This document shows, piece by piece, positions 26,371 to 37,690 of a DNA stretch of 64,000 nucleotides. The notes beneath the pieces are model-generated. The model did not search any database and had not been told where the DNA came from. It was given only the letters and a program-made list of their open reading frames with translations. Every line of letters begins with the position of its first letter. The stretch's first letter is position 1. The position numbers and the translations under genes are program-made. The DNA lies in the NCBI GenBank assembly GCA_013239625.1, contig MU054323.1:10447186-10511185 (forward strand), given 5' to 3'. The DNA comes from Lama guanicoe. Lineage: Eukaryota.

Positions 26371-28604
26371 AAACAAGGAGAAAGAGACCAAATGTGGTCC
26401 TTTGAGTCACTGCACATAGCATCTGGGTGTGTTCCTCTAACGGGTGCCCATGTTTCTGTGTCTGAGGAGCAGATCCAGATTTAGGGAAGGGCAGGCCTTA
26501 GAGATTATTCTAGAACAGCTGACGAGGAACTAGCTGCCTATGAAGGTTCAATGACTCATCCAAGCCCACGTAACTGCTTAGTGGTAGATCTGGACTAGAA
26601 CTTTGGTTCCTTACCTGTAGTTCATTGCTTTAACTATTCTACCATTTCATCATTTTCATCTTAGTAAGAAAACAAACTCAACAATAAGAACTCATTAAAC
26701 TGCCAATATATTGGGCTTTAAGCAACTCCCCTGTGGACAAACCCTGATTAAAAATAAAAGAGCAGTGGGGAAAAGAAAAAAAATTGTTTTCCAGTCTTTA
26801 TCACTGGATTCCTCTTAACTGCAAGCTCCAGTAATAGACTTCACATATAATTTGATTTTATGAAAAATCAACTTACATGTACTATTTTATCAGCACACAT
26901 TGCATAATAAAAGGCCCACCTTGACTGATTATTCTGTGTCTGCCAGATCCTAGGTCCCTGTCTTTCTTTAGCTTTCTAGAGTCTCTGACTTTGGCAAAGC
27001 TACTTTTTTAGGCTCCAGTTTATTCAATGGTGTCTCTAAGGTCTTTTCAGTTTTAATAGTTTTTGAGTCTAAAGTTTTCTTCCTTGTATACCTTAAATAT
27101 GGTTTTCTGGGACTCCTCTCTGCAGCTGTCATTTTTCTTTTTACATGGTTCACAGCTTTCCTGCCCAGAAAAGTGATAAGTAAAAGGAAGGACAATTGAT
27201 ACAGTAGTTACTTTATATTCAGGAAAGAGGGTCAAGGTACTATTTAAAATCCAGCAACAGAATGACTTGTGGATTGATTTTCAAAGGCTCTTAAACCTTG
27301 GTTCTTCCCACAAAGGAAGCAATTAATAGCCCCACATCCTATTGCCTTAGATGAAAGAATATGGTCAGTGCAGTGGGCTTGTTAGAAAGCCTAATTAAGT
27401 CAATTGTGCTGTTCCCTTTCTGCCTGTGACTACAGATCTCAAACGGACAAAGTATAAACCTTTAGTGTAACCCTTGGGCAAATTCTAACCAGCCATTGCC
27501 TCTTTCCCCTGAGATAGTCCTGGTATGAAACCAGTATTAGAAATGAAAACCCCACTAGTGTTGGAACCATAAAGGCTCTCTCTGGGTCTGGAAAGGATTG
27601 CTAGGGGTAGAATCCAGCTGGTCAGTAATGAGATATACCACTGGACAGCATGCCATGAGTGAGGAGTAAGTTATTCCACCACCTTGGTTTTATAAAAGGA
27701 AAGTATTGGTCTGAAAGATTTTCTATTCTGTAAACTCTAACAGTATACAGTTCAAGGATTCTGTATCTGAAGGTGAACTTAGGGTACAGGCATAAATCTC
27801 ACTTGTTCAAGGTCAAGGAGAACTAAGGGAGAAAGATGTCTATGCCTGCATCTGAGGGAGGATGTATCAAATCACAGTGGATCAGTAAAGAAGAACCGAG
27901 GTCAAGGCTAGAAGAGAAGAATGAACACTGGGAACTGCTGGGGAAAATTTACCTAACATTTTAAACCTGTGCCAAGTGAGTGGCGTGACATGAGGTCATG
28001 TACTAAGGCTTTCTTCAGCATGAGATCCATGCATGGATCTCATGGGTCCTTGCACGTAAATGAGTGCTGGTGCAGTAGAATGACTGCAGTGTTTTATACT
28101 TCAGCTGATGAGAAAGCAGGAGAGTGCTGACAAGAGAAAACAAAGCCCAACATGTAACTACAACAACAACAAAAAGCCAAAAAGTGAAAATCTTTGGAGA
28201 AGAAAGTTTTTTCTTCTTTCATAATGTCATTTATTCAAACCCATGGCAATAACCTCCACAAGAATGTTTCCATTTGTGCATGGAAGGGCAAAGGATGGGA
28301 GGGAGGTGGCTGGAGAGTGCCAATGGCAGCCTGACTTGATTTACAACCATGCTTTGGATCTGCCCAATTCTACTTCACTAGGCTATGGCTACACAGTTGT
28401 TGGGCTAAGAGTGAATGAGCAACGGGCTCCCTGGAAACCTGAAGGGCAGGATATTGGAAGAGACTGAAGTAAAAATTTTGCACCTAGAAAGAGAATTGGA
28501 ATAGGAATTGCAAGAGTAGGTCCTAGTGGCCAGCAAGCTGTACAACCCGAATTTGTATCCGCCTCTCCTGAATCTTAGTTTCCTTAGCTATAAAATGAGC
28601 TGTG

Positions 28605-28950
28605 CCCAATGGTTTTAAATGATGTCTGCATACTAGCATTATATGAGGAACTTTCCAAAAGTACCAGTGTCTAGGCACCACCTCAGAGCAGGTGAATCAG
28701 AATCTCTAGGGCTGAGGCACAGGCAGCAGGTTCTCTTTAAAGCTCCCCAACCAATTTAATGTATGTTTAACATATGAACTCTCACTACTCAAAGTGTGGT
28801 CCATGCACTGTTACCATTAGTATCGCCTGGGAACTTCTCAGAAATGCAGAATCTCAGGCTCCAGTCCAGAGACCTACCCAATGGGAATCTGCATTTTATT
28901 ACGATTCTCAGATGATTTACATGCACATCCAAGCTTAGGAAGCCTCAAGG
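28605..28950. mobile_element. Two adjacent MER5-family MITEs (MER5B-like ~28605-28785; MER5A1-like ~28783-28950)
   Basis: GAATCAGAATCTCTAGGG...TTTAAAGCTCCCCA; then CTACTCAAAGTGTGGTCC...CGCCTGGGAACTT...AGAAATGCAGAATCTCAGG. Confidence 0.7.
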
Positions 28951-28969
28951 CAGATGATTTCTAAGTAAT

Positions 28970-31900
28970 ATTTTATTTTAAAATGTGAAATATTTTTAAC
29001 ATATAGAAACCCTTAGAGAATAATTTAACACCCATGTGCCCAACTCTACTTTATCAAATCATTAGTTTTTCACCATTTTGATTTAGATTTTGTTTAATGT
29101 AATAATATCTATTTTAAGTTAAAGTGCCTCTATCTGTCCTCCTATTATTTCCTCTCTTCATAGATGTAGTCACTATCTTGACTTAGGTGTTTTTCTATTT
29201 CATTAATGTTTTTATATTATTATTACATAGGTAGGTAATTAAATTATAGACAGGTAGATAGATAGACAGATAAAATGGCTTTGTCTGTGTAACAGCTTTT
29301 CTGTTATTGATCTATCCTTGCATTCCTGGGACCAATCATAATGGGTTATGTCATATATACTTTTAGAATACACTGATGGATTTGATTGCTTATATTTTAT
29401 TTAGGACTATGATATTATATGAAATTGGTCTAAAGTGTTCCTTTATTGTCAGTTTTGTTATCAAGAGTTTGCCGACCATGTTAAGTGAGTTAGGTAGCTT
29501 TACTTTTTTTTTCCTATTCTTTGAAATAGTTTATAAAAGATAAGGTTTATTATCTGTTTCTGGGGGGTTAGAAAAGCTTGCCTAAAACCATCTGGATCAT
29601 GTGTCTTTTGTGGGGTATAGAAGGGCTTGATTATTGATTCCTTCTCATTAATGGTTATCAGTTTATTTGAAGTTTCTATTTCTTTTTGAGTCGATGTTGG
29701 CAATTTATCTGTTTTCAGAAAATTATGCATTTCATCTAAGTTTTCAAATTAACATAAAACTGTTTATGGAATTCATTTTTTAAAAAGTTCTACTGTATCT
29801 ATAGCTATTGCTTGATTTCTTTTTTCTCTTTTGTCTCGTTTATTAGGTGTTTTTTCCCAGAGAACCAGCTTTGTTAACCAGTCTTTACTACCTTTTTTCT
29901 TATATTTTCTTTAAGTTTTATTAGCTTTTATATTTGTAGCTTGCTGAGTTGAATTTTACAAATTTTTTTTTGGAAAATGTACTCGAACTTCACTGTTGCT
30001 GCATTTCACAAGTTTTCATTAGTACTTCTTTTGTCTCTCAGTTCAAAGTATTTAGTAATTTCCATTGTGATTGTCTCTTTAATCCATGAGTTATTTAGGA
30101 GGACATTGTTACACTGCAAACATATGTTAGTATTATTTTTAACTATTTTATAATGATTATTACTTTTAATTTAATTGTACTGTGGTCAGAGAACATGATT
30201 ACTGATATATTTAACCTATTTCTACCAACTACCATCATTATCTTTTTGATATTTTATTATTTTCTTTTATTTTTCCCCTTACCTTCTATTAGATCAACAT
30301 GATATCATAGCATGTATAGTATATGCTATGCATATTATATTCACTTTATCCTCACCTGAATTAGAAGCTATAGATTATCTTTTTTTTCTTTGAAACAGTC
30401 AAACTTTTACATACATACTTAACTGTAATTTATTTTTAAGAAAACCTAAATTTAATTTTTTTCAGTGTCTCTATCCTTCTCTGCAAAAGAACATGGAATT
30501 TAGCATCCTTAAAGTACCCACTGAACACCACTTCCGATTTTGTTTTACTTTCTCTAGAAAATATACTAAAATATACTAAATTATTTCTTATAATCAATGA
30601 TTAATTATAATGCTTTATAATCTACCAACATATATTAATCATTTCTGTGCTATAGTTCCATCTATCCCATACTTTCCTTCCAGATTTATTTTCCTTTTTG
30701 ATGAAATACATCCTTTAATATTCTTTTCATGAGAATTTATGGATTGTAATCTCTCTTAGTCTTTCTAATTCTGAAAATGTCTTAATTTTGACATTATTCC
30801 TTAATGATACTTTACATGCCTTTAAAATTCTAGGTTGATAACTTTCATTCAGCAATTCAAAGATACTATTAGTCTACTGTTTTCTTATATCTTTTGTTGC
30901 TAATGAGAAGCTTGATGTTCTGATTATAGGTAGTCCCCTTAAAAAATATTCTACTTGAGTAATGCATAAAATATTGAATCATTATGTTATATACCTGAAA
31001 CTAATGTAATATGTCAATTATACCTCAATTAAAAATATTCTACTAGTTTTTAAGTTTTTTTTCATTATTATCCTTAATAATCTGAAGTTCGACTATAATT
31101 TGTTTAGGAATATATATATATAACATGTATATACAAATTATATTTTATATATATATATAGCCTAGTTCTGCTGCATACTCAGAATGAACTTTTTATCTAA
31201 ATAATTCTGCCTGTCTTCATTTCTGGAAAATTCTCACATTATTTTCCCAAGTACTGATTCTCCTTTATCCCTTCTACTCTCTTTTGACACCTTGTTTGAC
31301 TATGTAAGATCCTCTTTCTTCCATGTATTGAACTGCTTTTCAAAAACTGAGAAAATCTCTTTGTCCCTCTCTGCTGTGTTCTGGGTGAATCCTTGATTAT
31401 AATCATAAACTCCACTAATTTTCCATTTGAACAAGACCATTCCAGAGTTCATCTCATCTACTGAGCTGCTAAATTTTACTTAAAATTTATTTTATTTTTA
31501 ATGACTCTCTTTTTTATTTCTAATATTTATAACTGGTTCTTTTTCATATCTCCCTGGCCTCATTTCATGTCAGCCTACTTTTGTTTCCTAACTTTTTAAA
31601 CAGAAGTTTTCCCTCATGTATCTACTTGACTACTAAATGTATCCATTTTAGCTATTCAGACTGGTAACGTTAACTTCTTTTAATCTGAAGAGCATTCATA
31701 TCCTGACCATTGATTTTAGGCTTTCTTCTTGGCATGTTTTTACATTTTAGAATTTTTGTTCTTGAAGGCTAGGCTCATTGTGAATTATTTATTTGTTTAC
31801 ATGTCCTCCTCTTCCCAGCCAGGCTGACTCCTCCCTGTGTAGTTGCCTATGTTGCACTTGTTTACAGCTCCTCAAGGCCAGAACCAGGTACAATCATTGG
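28970..31900 (-). mobile_element. Ancient, heavily deleted L1ME-type element
   Basis: T-rich plus strand. Minus-strand ORF 29500-29730 contains L1 ORF2-like EIETSNKLITINEKESIIK...DPDGF...YKLFQRI. ORF1-region remnants at ~30700-31450. Confidence 0.7.
30956..31030 (+). mobile_element. Extremely 5'-truncated (75 bp) L1 3' terminus with TSD
   Basis: TTGAATCATTATGTTATATACCTGAAACTAATGTAATATGTCAATTATACCTCAATT is an L1MA-type terminus. Flanked by AAAAATATTCTACT at 30942-30955 and 31031-31044, preceded by TT/AAAA. Confidence 0.85.
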
Positions 31901-33739
31901 CAGTTTGGTTCAGTTTCAGGTCACAAGATATTGTCCATAGGACTGTGGCTTGCTTCAAATACTAGCCTTGGTGGCACTCTGTAGGCTTCTTATGTAACTG
32001 GGGAGTTTATCCCATGTCAACCCTGGCTGCCAGCACTGGCCACTGAGCTCTCATCTTGGTGGTCACCCTTAGAACTACTGTGACCCCTACAGATAGGGGC
32101 CAATTCCTAGCTGAATGGACTGTTTCTCTCAGAGTCCTTCAGTCCTGCAGCTTGATCTATTCGCTATTTTCCACTTCTGTTCTGGATTTGAGAGAAGGTG
32201 TCTACACTTCTGAGCTCAGTTACGCCACTCCATACCTATCATTCTGATATATTTAGAGGAGACGAGTGCAAAATACGTGATCTTGTCAGCAGGTTAATGG
32301 GAATCCTGTTTTCTTGGCGGGTTGCAGTCAGTATATATTATGTTATCTCCTACCCTTTAGGATACAAGTACCATAAGGACAAGGTCTGTGGTCCTCTATC
32401 ATTCCATGCATTTCCAGGACCCAAGAGACTGTCTAGCATGAAATGAGTGCTTCACAAATGTTATAGAAAAAACTAAATAAGCTTCTCTGGACATTTTTCT
32501 GAACCTTTCTGATAATGTTCTTAGACTTAAATTCAAACATCTACCCCCTGGACCATAACTTCAGTGTTGCACATAAAGTCAGCACATTTTTAAGATCAAT
32601 GATGTCTTGAAGTCAGCCATTAACTGCAAAAGTCAGAGCTGCTTAAGAGAGATATGGGCATACCCTACTTTATCACAAAGGAGCAACATGGGAAAATATC
32701 CCCTGATAAACATCCTACCCGTAAATTAAAAACAATAATCAAATACCTTCAAATTGCTTTCACAGTGTGTTTTGTATGTCTTTCTCTTTGAATATTATTT
32801 GTAAGGGGTAATTTACTGATATTGTTGTTACCTCAAATTATATACCAAAGAAAATTAAAAGCACTACACAGGAGGAAATAATGAATAGTAGCATTTAATT
32901 AAAACCAAAGTGAGTACAATCAATGCCTGTCTAATACAATAATGAGCTTAATTTAATTTTCATTTAATGGAAAAAAATGAAAGCTTAAATCACTGCCTAT
33001 GGAATTAAATGACAGCAATTTCAAAAATGCAAGTTTTTCTAGAGTGAAGTCTTAAGAGAATAATAATGACCAGAAACAGTGCCAACTACCAGGTCCATAT
33101 TCATTTTCCAGTAGAGTTAGAGGGGACCACTGTTAGCAGGACTATGCATTTCGAGCTTCTGGAAAGTAGAATTAATTAAAAAGCAATACTCTAACCTTCT
33201 GAACTTTGGAGCCATCAAAAAAGTAGACAAAAATTGAATTTCTAAAGATTGCCAGTTTGAGATTATGGCCCAAAAGGGACTGAAATAAACAGAGTAGCAT
33301 GTAGGAGAGCTTGAAAGGACGCTTCCTACCAGCTCTCCGCTGTGTCTCAGGCAGTAACTGAGCATGAGGTGGGAGAGCTGTGTGGGAGGGAACTGCTGAA
33401 CCCCTAGACAGTTGTCTGTGGCTCTGACTGAATCTGAAGCTGGAGGAATAGGATTTAGGGTAGATAATAGGGTGGCACTGTATTTCCAAGTCCCAGCTTG
33501 GATTTTGAGGACAGGTGGTTGTACCTGATTAGGACTGTGCTATTTCTGAACACTAACATCAGTTGAAGAAAGAACTCTATGTCCTTTCATTGGTTTGTAT
33601 CTGCTAATGAAATAATATTTGATACCTAGTAAGGTGACCAGTACATTGTAGGCATTGAGTAAATTTCTTTTCATCTCCTGAATCATTTACCATTAATGCC
33701 ATTTTACAGATTAGGAAACAGCCTCAAAGAGGTTAAGTG

Positions 33740-33920
33740 AGTAGATACAAACTACTATATATAAAATAGATAAACAACATGGTCCCACCGTGTAGTACAG
33801 GGAACTATAATCAATAGCTTGTAATAGTCTATCATGAAAAAGAATATATACGTATAACTGAATCACTTGGCTATATACCAGAATCAACTATACTTCAATT
33901 AAAGAAAAACAAACAAACAA
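33740..33920 (+). mobile_element. Cetartiodactyl-type L1 3' UTR fragment truncating a MIR (33690-33740)
   Basis: AGATACAAACTACTATATATAAAATAGATAAACAAC...ACAGGGAACTATA...TATAACTGAATCACTT...AATCAACTATACTTCAATTAAA followed by an (AAAC)n tail. Confidence 0.8.
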
Positions 33921-36113
33921 GATTATTTCATTAGAAGTCCTGCCCATTTACTGTTCTAATTGTTATTTTACTGAGACAGAATCAGGGTCATAGACAGGGT
34001 CAGAGCCAGCACTCTCAGCTTATGTGTCTGCCCTTCTCCCTGCAGCCTGCACACTACCCTCTGCTTGTTTGGATCTCAGCCTATATTTAACAGCAAGAGA
34101 GGCCCAGTGTGGTTGGAGTTATTTTGGTCTTCTCCGCTCAGCATATTTTCTTGGATTGTCATTTCTGTTTCTGTTGGATTCCTCCATAATAGTTATACAC
34201 ACATGCAAGCACACATACACCCAACAGCCTCCAACATTCTGTCTGCCCTACTTAGACTTGACTTCATAGCAGCAGGGATCATCTCACATGCAGTTCTAGG
34301 ACAGTTCTCTGGACAAAAACAGATGCTATTAATATATGCCTATGTAAATGATTAAACTATTTGCATTCTCTTACTTTTGCAAGCTGCTTTCCAGGCAACT
34401 GACAAGTTTCTGTTATTTATTCCTTAATAATATGTACCATGATCTACCCAGTGCCTACTTCCTATTACATAAGTTGTGTTTCATCACACTGTTGTATTCA
34501 GCAGAATACTGAGGTCACTCTCTAACCCCTCAAACTGATACTCAAACACTGGTGACTCACTAGCTCTCCTAAAGGTCTAATTAATCACAGCAGCACTGGA
34601 GTAGAGCAGCAGTAGTTCAGGGTAAGACAAGTAGTTCCCCCAGCATGACTGATCCCATTGGAGCTGTAGAGTTGGTTTAGGCCAGACAATATTGGTAAGA
34701 ATCCAGACAGCCTTCATGGCCATAATTCACACATTATACTGAGGTTGGTTGAAAAAGCAAAGAATGGGAAATAAATGACATCTAATATTATTTTCTTCAT
34801 AATTTACTCATGATCTCCACCTCTCACTTTGTAATGATGGTCTATGGGAGAACATCAAATTGTTAAGACCTAGTGGAGCCCCATAACCATAGTGTTTCTT
34901 CAAAGGGAGATGAGGGCATTGGAAGTGGGAATATCAGATAGATTTAGCACAAAAGTGCTTACTTGCACACTTTTGATCACAACCTTGTCCTCCTCCACCT
35001 GGGAAAGCTGTTGTCTTTGTCCAAGACCATGACTTTGGTTTCATGAAGCAAAGAAGAGGGATGTCACTTTATCAGCCAACCCAACACCAACGATCACTGG
35101 GATCACTGGGGTAGTGAATGGAGCTACAAGCTCTGAGAAGAAAACAAAGGACTAAAAGCTTGCCAAAGGAGAACTCACAACTGATCATCTTCAGGATTAA
35201 GAAACAAAATGAAACTCCAGTTAAAGAAGAATTTGAGAAGAACTATTAACTAGAGCATAACCATGCAAATGAATATGCAAGGGATACAAAAAAAGACCAC
35301 AATTATTTATTTATATGTTTACATCTCCTATTAGTCTGAGCATTTCTTAAAACAAGGTCTGGATCTTAGTTTTTCACTTTTCTATCCCTAAGGTTTGGCA
35401 TGATGCCTAGTACTTAATAGATGCTCAATAAATGATTAATTGAGCTAAATATTCTACAAGTATAAGCAGTTCTAAAGATGTTAGATTAATATTTGGGGCA
35501 TGATCCTACCCCAAATCACAAACCATGACAAATGTGTTATCTGGCGCATGATGGGGTATGTCACTATGGACTCCAGAATGATGGATTAACTGAAGCAGGC
35601 AGAATCTGGACCTCAGAAACTCATTCCAAAATGGGGAGCTGTCTCAGGTGCTGAGCCAGGGAAAGGCCCAGGATCTGGTATCAGAAGGACATGGCAACAG
35701 ATACAGCTGGTCAGGCAAGTGACATCACAGAAGAGAGAAACATGTCATAAAGAAGACCAACAGCAGGCAAAGCTCATAAAATCTGGAAGGTGGGGATTCT
35801 ACAGGTAACAGGGACTTGGTCATTGCACTACATCCACGCTAGGACTCCACACCTTAGCATGAGGGCAGGTACTTGTCTAAAGGGACAAGGGCATGACTCA
35901 AGGACTCATGTACCACAGAATAAAGCAGAAGCCAGGTATCATCCCTAAGGATAAGGGAACAGAGCTGAATCCTAGAATGTTCAGTACTTCTTAAATTGCC
36001 CCTTCCTAAAACAGAATTGGGGCCAGAGGTAAGGGAGGGGCTGAGCTTATAATCAGTAGTGTCACAAGACCTTGGCCATGGGCAGAGGAGGGGCTAAAAC
36101 TCAGCATGGCCTG

Positions 36114-36567
36114 CATAAAAAAGAATAAAATAATGCCATTTGCAGCAACATGGATGGACCTGAAGATTGTCATTCTAAGTGAAGTTGGCCAGAAAGAGGA
36201 AGAAAAGTGCCATATGACACCATTTATATGAGGAATCTAAAAAAAATAACAATAATGACACAAATGAACTAGCTATTATTTTGACTTCTTGAATATGTGT
36301 AAGCACATTTGATTTTCCTTTATGATTGGATTACCACATTCTGCTGATTCTTATTTTGTAGTTGGCTTTATTCCTTTGATAACTATGTAAGTTTAAAAAG
36401 CTGAGGATCTAATCTGTTCTTGGAAACAATCATTAGTACATACATATAAACTAAAAAAATGTGCAGCACACTGTATGTGTATTTACATGCAATATAATGT
36501 GTATGTGCAGTTGAACTGTAATAATTCTACATAATAAAACTGAAAAAGGAGGAAAAAACAAAAACAT
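36114..36567 (+). mobile_element. Chimeric retro-insertion: L1 ORF2-end/3' UTR fragment (36114-36270) plus a non-L1 AT-rich segment with AATAAA and decayed poly(A)
   Basis: The L1 part translates [34 protein letters not shown] at 36533-36538; A-rich tail to ~36566. Direct repeat CTCAGCATGGCCTG at 36100-36113 and 36568-36581. Confidence 0.8.
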
Positions 36568-36709
36568 CTCAGCATGGCCTGGCTAGCAGAGTCAGATGGT
36601 GTATTCATGTGTTAGTCTGGATCATTTGCTAGAACTCCAGTGCCCTGAAAGTGTCCATGTGCCAGGTCAATGTGGGGAAGAAACATTTAATACTTATTAT
36701 ATACTAGAC

Positions 36710-36896
36710 GAGGGTTCTCAAAGTGTGGTCCCTGGATCTGGACCATCAGCCTCACCTGAGAACTTGAGAGAAATGCAAATTATCAGGACTTGCCTCAGGC
36801 CTATTGGGTTAGAAACCTGGGGGGTAAGAGACAGTAGTTTGTGTTTTAACAAAGCCTTTAGGTAATTTCGAAACAGTTCAAGTTTGAGAACCACTG
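36710..36896. mobile_element. MER5A hAT MITE
   Basis: TIRs GGTTCTCAAAGTGTGGTCC and AAGTTTGAGAACCACTG. 8-bp TSD TACTAGAC (36702-36709) / TAGTAGAC (36897-36904). Confidence 0.88.
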
Positions 36897-36915
36897 TAGT
36901 AGACAACACCTAAGT

Positions 36916-37420
36916 CAGATGTTCTTCCTTTTGTGTGTGTGTCATGGACCCCTTCGACAGTCTGGTGAAGCCTATGAACCCCTTCTTAGAATAATGTTTT
37001 CAAATACACAAAGTGAAATACATACAACTACAAAGGAAACCAATTATACTGAAATATCATTACCAATATATAAAAAACTTCTGATGTAGTAATCTGTTTG
37101 CTTCTTTATTAACACATTTAATAACTATTTCATGGCAGATCTAATAACATCTGTCAATTTGAGTAGTGATGAGCTTAAACAGTATTTCATGATGTCTGCA
37201 ACAGCTGCAATGAGATTTGTATTTGTGACAAAATCACACATATGACTACTACAGTCGTCGCAGATTTACTTCCTACATTCACAATTGCAAAAATGCTAAA
37301 TTTCTGTCACAAGTACTAAAAATAAAGATGTAATTTTTTTCCCCTCCAAGTTCATAGGCCTTTCAATAATTCTATCCACAGTTCTCTATGGATCCACGGA
37401 CGTGGGATTACCAAACTCTG
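36916..37420. mobile_element. Charlie4a-like hAT element
   Basis: CATGGACCCCTTCGACAGTCTGGTGAAGCCTATGAACCCCTTCTTAGAATAATGTTTT...ACAAAGGAAACCAATTATA matches the recalled consensus; about 500 bp. Confidence 0.75.
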
Positions 37421-37469
37421 ATAAAAGTATTTAATAAACACCACCTTATTTTATCTTTTGAACAATCTT

Positions 37470-37690
37470 ATTCTTAATATTCCCATTTTATGGATGAGGA
37501 AATTGAGGTTCAGAGGATCAAAGAAATATATCCAATATCTTACACAACTAGTAAGATATGGAGTGCAGGTTTGAAGCCCCTGTGAAATGAGGTTTTCCTG
37601 TTTCATCCACTCATTTCTCCCCAGTGCCCAGAATAGGGCTGGGCCTATCATATGTGCTCAATAAGTATTTGCTGAATGAATGAATGAACT
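37470..37690. mobile_element. MIR (minus strand) followed by an L2 3' terminus (plus strand)
   Basis: CCCATTTTATGGATGAGGAAATTGAGGTTCAGAG; GTGCTCAATAAGTATTTGCTGAATGAATGAATGAA. Confidence 0.7.

Noticed and set aside
26968..27235. Lys-rich minus-strand ORFs
   Set aside because: They are short and explained by T-rich composition; I recognise no homology or exon structure.
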